A stretch of 64,000 nt of DNA from Octopus vulgaris (taxonomy: Eukaryota). The stretch spans positions 48,174,001 through 48,238,000 of the forward strand of contig OX597818.1 in NCBI GenBank assembly GCA_951406725.2. Reading direction: 5' to 3'. This document shows positions 52,128 through 64,000 of this stretch, one piece after another. The notes beneath the pieces are model-generated. The model had not been told where the DNA came from, made no database searches, and saw only the letters and a program-made list of their open reading frames with translations. A program made the position numbers and the translations under genes. Each line of letters begins with the position of its first letter. Position 1 is the stretch's first letter.

Positions 52128-53467
52128 TGGAGCATTCCCGCTGAACTTGCCACCGAATGTAAACGAGCCAAGGGATTGTCTATACGTGGTCACCCGTCTC
52201 TGTTGCTTGGGACCACAAAATAAAAACACATTCTATTGTGCAAGTTAGCTGACCATACATCACCACTGTGGTCAGAAATTACATTTTTTCACTAAAAAAA
52301 TCTGGCTGTGTGATAAGAGGTTCGCTTTCCAACCACATGTTTCCAGATCCAGTCCCACATAGTAGAACCTTGGGCAAGTGTCTTCTGCTATAGACTCGGG
52401 CCGACCAGAGCCTTGTGAGTGGATTTGATAGATGGAAACTGAAAGAAGCCCGTCGTATATATATAATGTGTGTATGTGTTTGTGTTTGTCCTCCACCATC
52501 GCTTGACAACCTGTGTCGGTTTGTTTACGTCCTCGTAACTTAGCAGTTTGGCAAAAGAGTACTGAAGTCGATTTGTTCGACTAAAATTTCTTCAAGGCGG
52601 TGCCCCAGAATGGCCGCAGTCTAATGACTGAAACAAGTAAATGATAACATCTGATATCTAAACCACACTTTCAGCTTTACATCCACGTTATATGTTCTTT
52701 ATTACTGGAATAACAAAATATGTACCAACCAACCTGCATGGATGCGACAGGGAGTGCATCAGCACATATTGTTGAACTTCGATTCGAGGAGGAGGAGGAT
52801 AAAGGGTAAAGCCCCCTTCAGTCATGAATGACCATGAGACTGCACCTAGAAAGTTCCCCTCCGAGGCACAAGGGTGTTCCTGGAAGAGCAAAACACTTCA
52901 TTTCACAATGTTCCAGTCCACTCAGCTGTAGAGAAATAACTCTGCAACGGACTGGCGTCCCATCCAGGGAAAATAATTTGATATCGGTCAGCTATGTCAT
53001 ACGAACTGGACACGAGACAGTAATGCACCAATCGTATTAATCTCAACCAGCCCGAAAGGGCTTGAATTGCCCATGCATGCCAGCCTCCTCTCTCTACGCC
53101 ACCGATGTGGTCCAAAGGAAAGGCAAAGGCCAACATAGCTTGGCACCTGTGACGTCGCAACTCATTTTTACAGCTGAGTGAACTGGAGCAACGTGAAATA
53201 AAGTGTCTTGCTGGAGAACAAAACACACAGCCCGGTCCGGGAATCGAACTCAGTAACTCATGATTGTGAGCCCGATGCTCTAACCACTGAGTCATGCGCC
53301 TTCAATAAAGAACCAGTCGTCGTTCACAAAGGAATATGACTTGGGAATGTGTCTCACGCTTTTTCTGAGTGTTTTAGATTTCTATGTTGTCATGAGCAGA
53401 CATATACATCCTCTTGACTTTCCCACCCTTTGACCTTGTGGCATATCCAGGATATGACAGCTGAAAG

Positions 53468-53499
<32 letters not shown>

Positions 53500-53776
53500 G
53501 AGAGAGAGAGAGAAAGAAAGAGAGGTAAAAATATCCATGGATTTTTCATTAAAAAATCTGGCTGCGTGACAAGAGGTTCTCTTTCCAACCACATGTTTCC
53601 AGGTCCAGTCCCACATAGTAGAACCTTGGGAAAGTGTCTTCTGCTATAGACTCGGGCCGACCAGAGCCTTGTGAGTGGATTTGATAGATGGAAACTGAAA
53701 GAAGCCCGTCGTATATATCAGCTCTTGGCTGGGATTCACTTTCAACCGAGTAGACCGGAGCAATGTGGAATAAAGT

Positions 53777-54010
53777 TTTTTTTTTTCCTACCCACAAGGA
53801 GCTAAACACAGAGAGGACAAACAAGGACATACAAACGGATTGAGTCGATTACATCGACCCCAGTGCGTAACTGGTACTTAATTTATCGACCCCGAAAGGA
53901 TGAAAGGCAAAGTCGACCTCGGTGGAATTTGAACTCAGAACGTAACGGCAGACGAAATACCGCAAAGCATTTCGCCCGGCGTGCTAACGTTTCAGCCAGC
54001 TCGCCGCCTT
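53777..54010 (-). mobile_element. SINE family B nested in a SINE-C remnant, 17-bp TSD
   Basis: GCAATGTGGAATAAAGT at 53760-53776 and 54011-54027. Confidence 0.85.
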
Positions 54011-54572
54011 GCAATGTGGAATAAAGTACCTTGCTCAAGGACACGATGCGTCGCCCAGTTCAGTAAGTGAACCCACAATCATATGATCATGAACCGAACC
54101 CCCTAACCACTATGCCACGCGCTTTCACTTCACTTCATTAATCTATAATTCATATGAAACAGGTGAACGCCTTATTTTCATTACTCAAACGCTACAGGTG
54201 ATCACGTTATCTGGGCAATAAAAACCCTTTAAGACCTTCTGAAAATTTAATGAATAAATAACTGTACAGAGGATGACGAAAAGAACAAGATATGTCAATA
54301 TTACTTTTCAATCTGGCCACCAAGCAACTAGCCTGGCTAAATAAACATTAAAAATTTAATCAGGAAGGGAAAACATACAAACTTAACTAAATAGCTATCT
54401 ATGATCTAATGCAGAGAGTAACGTCAATTAGTAATATAAGTTACTGGGAAATACTTCAATGGACAAATTAAAGGAATAGTTATGTATAAGTGAATATGTT
54501 TCAGTAGTAAATAAAATGGTGATTTAGTAAGAAGCCAGACCTTGTTAAGAACAGTACAATACTGGTAATAAT

Positions 54573-55131
54573 TGTTTCTTTATTACCCACAAGGGGCTAA
54601 ACATAGAGGGGACAAACAAGGACAGACAAAGGGATTGAGTCGATTACATCGACCCCAGTGCGTAACTGTTACTTAATTTATCGACCCCGAAAGGGTGAAA
54701 GGCAAAGTCGACCTCGGTAGAATTTGAACTCAGAACGTAGCGGCAGAAGGGACAAACAAGGACAGACAAACGAATTAAGCCGATTACATCAACCCCAGTG
54801 CGTAACTGGTACTTAATTTATCGACCCCGAAAGGATGAAAGGCAAAGTCGACCTCGGTAGAATTTGAACTCAGAACGTAGCGGCAGACGAAATACCTATT
54901 TCTTTACTACCCACAAGGGTCTAAACACAGAGAGGACAAACAAGGACAGACATAGGTATTAAGTCGATTACATCGACTCCAGTGCGTAACTGGTACTTAA
55001 TTTATCGACCCCGAAAGGATGAAAGGCAAAGTCGACCTCGGCGGAATTTGAACTCAGAACGACGTAGCGGCGGACGAAATACCGCAAAGCATTTCGCCCG
55101 GCGTGCTAACGTTTCTGCCAGCTCGCCGCCC
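54573..55131 (-). repeat. Tandem trimer of SINE family B
   Basis: Three cores, with the head only on the last (5') unit. Confidence 0.85.
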
Positions 55132-55790
55132 TAACAATACTAGCAATAGTAGCAGTTACAACAATAATTGTATTAAGTAGCAATTTGCATTTTAAAATCG
55201 CTCTTTATTATCCATCATTTTAGTGTTGTCCAACTTATTAATTTTGAGTTATAATAGGCGTGGTTGTGTGGTAAGAAGCTTGCTTCCTAACCACAAGGTT
55301 CCGGGTTCAGTCCCACTGTGTAGTACCTTGGGCAAATATCTTCTACTCTAGCCTCGGGTTGACCAAAGCCTTGTGAATGGAGTTCGTATACGGAAACTAG
55401 AAGTTCGTCGTGCGTGTATGTGTATGTGCCTGTGTGTCTTTGCGTCGGTGTTTGTTTCCCACTACCACTTGACGACTGTTGTTGGTTTGTTCACGTTCCC
55501 ATAACTTAGCGGTTCGCAAAGAGGCCGATAAAATACATACCAGGCTTTAAAAAAAAGTACCGGGGATAGATTCCTTCGACTAAAAACCATGGCCACAGTC
55601 TAATGACTGAGACAAGTAAAAGATAAGAGTCTGTTGTTAATGTTATCTAATGAATATCAAACCCTCAGGTAAGTCCCGCGGCTACATATGGGAATCCTGA
55701 CAGAGAAGGGCATTGGCGGGCAACCAAGGTGTTACCTATAAACAAGCACAGAACTGTCTATGAAACGATACGAGGCGAATCCCCTTCTTT

Positions 55791-55997
55791 GAAACCTTAC
55801 TAAATCCCTTTAAAGTTTTTCTGAGAGTCTTATATAACAGTAAGAAACCTTAATAAATCCCTTAAAGTTTTTCAGAGTCTTACATGACAGTAAGAAACCT
55901 TAATAAATCCCTTTAAAGTTTTTCTGAGAGTCTTATATAACAGTAAGAAACCTTAATAAACCCCTTTAAAGTTTTTCTGGGGGTCTTACATAACAAT
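55791..55997. repeat. AT-rich tandem repeat, ~53-bp unit, ~4 copies
   Basis: GAAACCTTAATAAATCCCTTTAAAGTTTTTCTGAGAGTCTTATATAACAGTAA repeated. Confidence 0.88.
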
Positions 55998-56614
55998 AGC
56001 TGTGTTAGACAAAGCGGTGAGCTGGCGGAATCGGGCAAAATGCTTGGCAGCATTTCGTCCGTCTTTATATTCTGAGTTCAAATTTCGCCGAGGACGACTT
56101 TGCCGTTCATGCTTTCGGGGTCGATAAAATAAGTACCAGTTGAGTACTGGGGTCGATGTGATCGATTTAGCTCCTCTCCCGAGCTTGCTGGCCTTGTACG
56201 AAAATTTGAAATGAATAATTATGTGAGATAGAAAGGATGAGAACTCGGGTAGTAGAGTAAGTGGTTAAGTTATAGCAATTACGCTGTCATATGATTTAAA
56301 CCTATAAATATATTTACTCTTTGCTGATGATTAATAACAGTATTGGCGTAATGACTTTAAGTATAGAGGGCAGAAACGTTAGCACGCCGGGCGAAATGCC
56401 ACTGCGCGGCAACTTGAACACGAGTAACCCTGTAACCCTGGTTCAACCGATGCCCTGTTAATGCATTTGATAGACGGAGATTTTGTGTGTGTGTGTGTGT
56501 GTGTGACCCACCAACATCGCTTCACAACCGATATTGGTTTGTATGTGTTCCTGTAACTTAGCGGTTTGGCATAAGAAATCGAGGGAATAAATACGATACT
56601 TGAAAAAATTCCCA

Positions 56615-57118
<504 letters not shown>

Positions 57119-58020
57119 ACTGGGGGTGGGCGGGGTCAATTTGCTCGACTAAAATCCTTCAGGCGGTGCTCTAGCATGGCCGCAGCGCAAACACTGAAAA
57201 CGGGTACAAGATAACCGTTAAAAGAAAAAAATATTCGACAAGTCACGCGAGCAGCTACCAATATAAGGAACCATTCACCCCACTTGATATACATTCACAT
57301 GACTTAATAAAAATGATGAAAGAGCTACCACTGCTGCTACGAGTAAACAGACTGTCTTATTCTCTTATTCTCTTACATGTAGTAGAGTCTGACATTTTAA
57401 CGACATAAAATTGAGATATCATAGAAGATGTTTACCAAATACTTGGGTGTAGCAATGAAAATTCAATGCCTTTCGATATATTTATAGTCCGGAAACGTTT
57501 ATATATGGGTATATGCATGTCTGTTGTTGTGTAGGGGAACTGTTTGTGCAGTTAAAAAGTCCTTGACTTCAATCTACAATAATCTAAAACAACTGGAGAA
57601 TGAAGTATTTTAGTCTACGACAAACAAACCCATCCCTTTACAGTAGATACGCTCGTGTTTGCTATTAACTTAACGTTTCAAGCCAGCCCAAAGAAATTTA
57701 TATCTCTTACTAGTTTTAGTCACTGGACTGCTGCCATGCTGGAGCACCGCCTTTGAAGGGTTTTAGTCGAACAAATCGACCCTAATACTCATAATATATA
57801 TATATATATATATATATATAATACAAAATGGGACAAGACGCAAAACACCCGGACAACTAGGTGATACAAAAAGGGACAACAAAACATCCAGATAGACGAT
57901 ACAATAAAAAACATGGACGGGTCATTCGAAGCCTTTTATCTTCAGTCAAGAACCGGATCATCCTTGCAATTTCGGCTGATTAATCTTGAGATTGCTCCAA
58001 TCTGGCCAGCCCCAAGGAAA

Positions 58021-58055
<35 letters not shown>

Positions 58056-58080
58056 TTTTATTAAAGCTGTAAAATTATCA

Positions 58081-58128
58081 CACAACTGTTACTCTGAGTT
58101 TTACCTTCCCGTTCATCGGACAGTTGTG
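58081..58128 (-). ncRNA. Type-I hammerhead-like motif (C4 variant; G12 apparently mutated)
   Basis: Reverse complement: CACAACTGT-CCGATGA-AC-gggaag-GT-AAA-ACTC-A-GAGT-A-ACAGTTGTG, with a 9-bp stem I and quasi-palindromic stem III, followed by AATAAA and (TA)n. Confidence 0.55.
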
Positions 58129-58632
58129 ATGAATACTGTATACTCTACCTATGTATGTATGTATGTATGTATGTATGTATATATATATATAGTCTGGTAC
58201 TTATTCTAGCAGTCTGTTTTAGCAAACTGCTTAGTTACGGTGGACGAGAACGACTACCATCGGTTGTCAAGCGGTGCTGGGTATCAGGGTCATCAAAACA
58301 CATACATACATACATACATACATACATACATACATACATACATACATACATACATACATACATACATACATACATACATACATACATACATACATACATA
58401 CATACATACATACATACATACATACTTACATACATACGTATATTGTTGATGGCATAAGGATTTTATGAACCTTCGAGTGAACGGGAAATGATTTTTTGTT
58501 TTTGCAATATGTTTCGAAGTATATTTACGTAATTGTTTACCCTATTCAAAAAAGGATTATATCTATATGTACACATGCATGCGCATTATACATATGTGTG
58601 TATGTATGTATGTATGTATGTATGTATGTATG

Positions 58633-58701
<69 letters not shown>

Positions 58702-59293
58702 TTGACGAGCTTCTTTCAGTTTTCGTCCACCAAATCCACTCACAAGGCTTTGGTTGGCACGAGACAATAGTGGAAGGTACTTGCCGAAGGTGTCACGCAG
58801 TGGAACTGAACCTGGTATCATGTGGTTGGGCAGCAAGTTTCTTCCCACAGACCCACACCTGCGCCTATGTAATAGGATTTTTTAAACATCGAATGGTTAC
58901 GGGAGTCCTTCCGATTAAAATAGGAAGCAGAGGGGGTCCATATTTGAGAAATATTGCACTAAAACCATTCATTAGAATGAAGGAAATACATTCACAGTCT
59001 CTCTTCTTATCAGGGAGCCACGGGTCAACGAAGGGGCTTTTACGTAGTCGCTTGATCTGCTAGGAATAGCAGTCGAATTCCCTCAAATCACACCCTACCA
59101 TCATAAACAGGGACATATTTACTAATGTAATCCTAGTTGTACAAAAAAAAACGGGAGGGGCACGTTTGGAATGTTTTTGATAATAAGTCTGCCCAATCAA
59201 GGCTACCAGGGGCTAAACAGCAACAACAGTAACTACTACTACTACTACTACTACTACTATTACTACTACTAGTACTACTACTACTACTACTAT

Positions 59294-59371
<78 letters not shown>

Positions 59372-59981
59372 AAAAGTAAGTTTCGTCACTTCTACATACC
59401 CAAATTAGATTTAGGGGCGAGGCCTTAATCACGTCCTTCTTCTCCAACACCCACGACCTTTTTCAGAACCTTCGAGAACGATGGGAATGAAGAAAGAAAC
59501 CGTCGTCAAACCAAAGACTTGATTCAAATGTTTTGTTGACCCAGGGCTACAATAGAAGACACTAGCTCTTTGTGCAGTGGCGTTGCTTGAGTGTGTACCA
59601 CCCGAAACAGCCCTTTAGTCTGTCCCCCAAACACGCTTATACTACCCCAAAAGTACCACCCCATAAAAGCTTCATCCGAGACAGACCGCCCCGTCTCTCT
59701 CCCAAACTACGCTACTGTCCATGTGTCATTAGTGAAATTTGAACCCGATTCCAAGTAATTACGGAACGAACTCCTTAACTACGCAACCAAATAAGAACAT
59801 TCTTTTTTACTCTAGGCACAAGGCACAAAATTTTGGGGGAGGAGGCCAGTCGATTAGATCGACCCCAGTACGCAACTGGTACTTCATTTATCGATCCCGA
59901 AAGGATGAAAAGCAAAGTCGACCTCGGCGGAATTTGAACTCAGCAACCAAATAAGAATATTGTACCCATAAGAAATACAAT

Positions 59982-60639
59982 AAGATCTTTACCTTTTGAC
60001 CTACAGATTTAAAAAATAGTTTTTTGTAACTAAACACTTTCAAACTTCGGACACTAGTAGAATGTGTCATATAAAACATCTTTTACTCTAAGCATTTTTG
60101 AGGGAAAAAAACTTATATTTACGAAGTTATTTCACGTTAAAGTTCTCGTATTTCGGTAATTTCAACCAATCAATGACGTGTATTCAGCTGAATAAAATTG
60201 CTGCCATTGTTTGTCAACAAGAACTTCTGGCAGTGTATATTTCGTTTGTCACTGTTATTTATGACAACCCTAACCCTAATACCCTAACCCTAACTCTAAA
60301 ACCTTAACCCTAACCCTAACCCTAAAACCTTAAATCCTGTACAAACGCACGAATGATGTCATAAATAACAGTGACAAACGAAATTTACACTGCCGATAGT
60401 TGTTGTTGACAAACAACGGCAGTAATTTTATTCAGCTGAATACACGTCATTGATTGGTTGAAATTACCGAAATAGGACAGCTTTAACGTGAAATAACTTC
60501 GTAAATATAAGTTTTTCTCATAAATGCTAAGAGTAAAAGATGTTTTATATGACACATTCTACCAGTGTCCGAAGTTTGAAAGTGTTTAGTTACCAAAAAA
60601 TATTTTTTTTAAATCGGTCAGTCAAAAGATAAAGATCCC
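59982..60639. mobile_element. Long fold-back MITE with central (CCCTAA)n
   Basis: GATCTTTA.CTTTTGAC termini, ~280-bp imperfect inverted arms, and telomere-like repeats at ~60268-60335. Shares internal sequence with 32353-32774. Confidence 0.82.
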
Positions 60640-61112
60640 AACAAAATAATCTATAATAAGAAGTAGGGCCATGACTAAATTCCTTTTTATAAGTGCATAA
60701 ACACCTCCCACCTCCCCCTGTTTCTCAATTCTCTCTCTCTCTCTCTCCCTCTCTCTTTCTTTCTCCCAATAAACAAATTGGTCCAAAGTGCTGCGAGTGA
60801 GATTGAACCCGAATCCAAGTAGTTCCCAGGCGACCTTCTTAACCACACAGACCATTATATTTTGTTTTGTTTGCTTCAGTTGTTAGACTGCGACCATGCT
60901 GGGACGCCACCTTGAAGGATTTAGACAAACGAACAAATCGACCCAGTACTTATTTCCCCCTAAGCCTGGAACTTATTCTAACGGTCTCCTCTTGCCGAAC
61001 CACTAAGTTACGGTAACGTAAGCAAATCAACACCAGTTGTCTAGTGGTGGTGGGACAAACACAAAGACGCGCGCGTACACACACACACACGTAACCAGGC
61101 GCCGTGATACAT

Positions 61113-61710
61113 ACCTATTTCTTTATTACCCACAAGGGGCTAAACACAGAGGGGACAAACAAGGACAGACATAGGTATTAAGTCGATTACATCGACCCCA
61201 GTGCGTAACTGGTACTTAATTTATCGATTCCCGAAAGGATGAAAGGCAAAGTCGACCTTGGCGGAATTTGAACTCACAACGTAACGGCAGACGACATACC
61301 TATTTCTTTATTACCCACAAGGGGCTAAACACAGAGGGGACAAACAAGGACAGACATAGGTATTAAGTCGATTACATCGACCCCAGTGCGTAACTGCTAC
61401 TTAATTTATCGACCCCGAAAGGATGAAAGGCAAAGTCGACCTTGGCGGAATTTGAACTCACAACGTAACGGCTGGCGAAATACCTATTTCTTTATTACCC
61501 ACAAGGGGCTAAACACAGAGGGGACAAACAAGGACAGACATAGGTATTAAGTCGATTACATCGACCCCAGTGCGTAACTGGTACTTAATTTATCGACCCC
61601 GAAAGGATGAAAGGCAAAGTCGACCTTGGCGGAATTTGAACTCACAACGTAACGGCAGACGAAATACCGCTACGCATTTCGCCCGGCGTGCTAACGTTTC
61701 TGCCAACTCA
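61113..61710 (-). repeat. Tandem trimer of SINE family B (~185-bp units)
   Basis: Near-identical units sharing private variants (CTCACAACG, GACCTTGG). Confidence 0.88.
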
Positions 61711-62244
61711 ATCATTTCTCTAATATTACGCGAAATATTCCATTAGTTATAATATACGTAACTGCATTCTACATCCATTAATATCATGTTTCGATCACAA
61801 TATAATTATGTATGAAACTTTATATTTGCTGACTGAAAGAAATTGAACTCTGCGGGATCGTCCAGTGTCGAGAAGTTATGACGTCAGGGTTTATTTCGGT
61901 TGTTCAGATGTCAGCGGCCACCGACGTATCATAGGAGATTGAGCGGACAGTCCAAAAACAAGTGGAGTTGGTCAAATAAGGTTATGACTCAAGAAAGTGT
62001 TAACCAAAGCCACGTAACAAAGCAAAAAAATGAAAGAAAGAAAAACGAAAGATTCGACTTCATCGTACTAGAGAGGTAAAAGGGAATTGTTGAAAGGCGC
62101 CAATTTTAAAAGATGTGCCCAGTGGGAACAGACGCTCCCCTATTAGCTACACCACGGCACACACGCGCGCGTATATTTTTATATTCTTTCAGTCGATTTT
62201 GACTGCTGCCATGCTGGAGCACCGCCTTGTATATGTGTGTGTGC

Positions 62245-62275
<31 letters not shown>

Positions 62276-62291
62276 TACATACATACATACA

Positions 62292-62347
<56 letters not shown>

Positions 62348-62350
<3 letters not shown>

Positions 62351-62551
62351 CTCTTTACTCTTTTACTTGTTTCAGTCAATTGACTGCGGCCATGCTGGAG
62401 CACCGCCTTTAGTCGAGCAACTCGACCCCGGGACTTATTCTTTTTGTAAGCCCAGTACTTATTCTATCGGTCTTTTTTTTGCCGAACCGCTAAGTGACGG
62501 TGACGTAAACACACCAGCATCGGTCATAGGGGAACAAACACAGACACACAA

Positions 62552-62594
<43 letters not shown>

Positions 62595-62737
62595 TACATA
62601 TATACAGGCTTCTTTCAATTTCCGTCTACCAAATCCACTCACAAGGCTTTGTTCGGCCCGGGGCTATAGCAGAAGACACTTGCCCACGGAACCATGTGGT
62701 TGGTTAGCAAGCTACTTACCACACAGCCACTCCTGCG

Positions 62738-62741
<4 letters not shown>
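62348..62741 (-). mobile_element. SINE family A
   Basis: Reverse-complement copy with small deletions. Confidence 0.85.
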
Positions 62742-62790
<49 letters not shown>

Positions 62791-62861
62791 CGTCTCTTTA
62801 TAAATGTCCTGAAAACTTTCACAGCTTTGGATTTTTTAATCTCACTCTGTTAATTTACACA

Positions 62862-63134
<273 letters not shown>

Positions 63135-63338
63135 GATAAGAGTAAATAATTTCTATAAAGGCTTTTAAAAAACCCCCAATTAACATTACTCTTACTCTTA
63201 CTCTTATCATTATATTACTCTTATCATTATTTTACTCTTATCATTATTTACTCTTATCATTATATTACTATTTAAAAGCCTTTTAAAAGCCTTTTTTAAA
63301 AGCCTTTATAGAAATTATTTACTCTTATCATTATATTA

Positions 63339-63434
<96 letters not shown>

Positions 63435-64000
63435 AATTAAATTAATGTTGGTGTGTTTACGTCCCGTAACCTAGCAGTTCGGCAAAAGAGACCGATAGAA
63501 TAAGTACTAGGCTTACAAAGAATAAGTCTAAACGTGGTACTCCAGCATGGCCGCAGTCAAATAACTAAAACATATAATAATAAAAAATGCCTTATATATC
63601 AGGTGGTGCTATTAAGTTAGACATGGCCTGGACCAATCTTTGGTCGAAACATATCTAAGTTTATCTAAGTTTATATGTAATTATTATCTTTGTTGGTAAC
63701 AAAAATTTTTCACTTCAATTTTGTTAGACTTAAGCACTGCTAAACAAATTTTACAGGGAGCTAAATAGAATTAAAAATAAAAACATTTTATATATAACGA
63801 GGTCTTTGGGTCACTCCGATTTTGACATAGCATTTGTCGCATAAATTTCTAACTATGCGTCACCATAACAACAATAAGGATTTAAAGTGAATGATTTCCA
63901 CAAGAAAACACCCTACATCTCATCTAGTGTGACACCAGAGGCATATAAAACGTATTTATTACAGTTTATCAAATATTTTCTATATAGGCGCAGGAGTGGC

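Noticed and set aside
60268-60335. Telomere or chromosome-fusion scar
   Set aside because: The CCCTAA run is short, degenerate and centred inside a fold-back MITE.
61882-61889. TGACGTCA CRE site (also near 39150)
   Set aside because: One or two 8-mer hits are expected by chance in 64 kb and there is no associated gene.

Overview
Repeat-saturated eukaryotic DNA, most likely a coleoid cephalopod (Octopus-like). This is inferred from the dense tRNA-headed SINEs, (TA)n/(TACA)n/(CA)n microsatellites and TTAGGG-bearing MITEs, not from a database search. The only host gene I can support is the 3' half of TADA3 (ADA3 subunit of SAGA/ATAC): four + strand coding exons (2472-2584, 3933-4040, 7420-7613, 11283-11411) with consistent splice phases. 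The remaining ~52 kb is intergenic and filled with three or more SINE families, 5'-truncated RTE, CR1 and CRE LINE fragments, decayed mariner elements, hAT/piggyBac/Tc1 MITEs, a non-autonomous Helitron and long microsatellites. Almost all ORFs in the supplied track are repeat artefacts. The most notable hidden signal is a set of small Penelope-like elements from three unrelated families. Each carries a minimal type-I hammerhead-ribozyme fold with a palindromic stem III and a different non-canonical catalytic core (G3-C8 swap at 2786-2836; U6 at 4869-4910 and 37388-37429; C4 at 58081-58128). The window also holds a reconstructable ~3.8 kb inversion, several fold-back duplications and headless SINE multimers. 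Repeat boundaries are read by eye and approximate unless a TSD or TIR is quoted.
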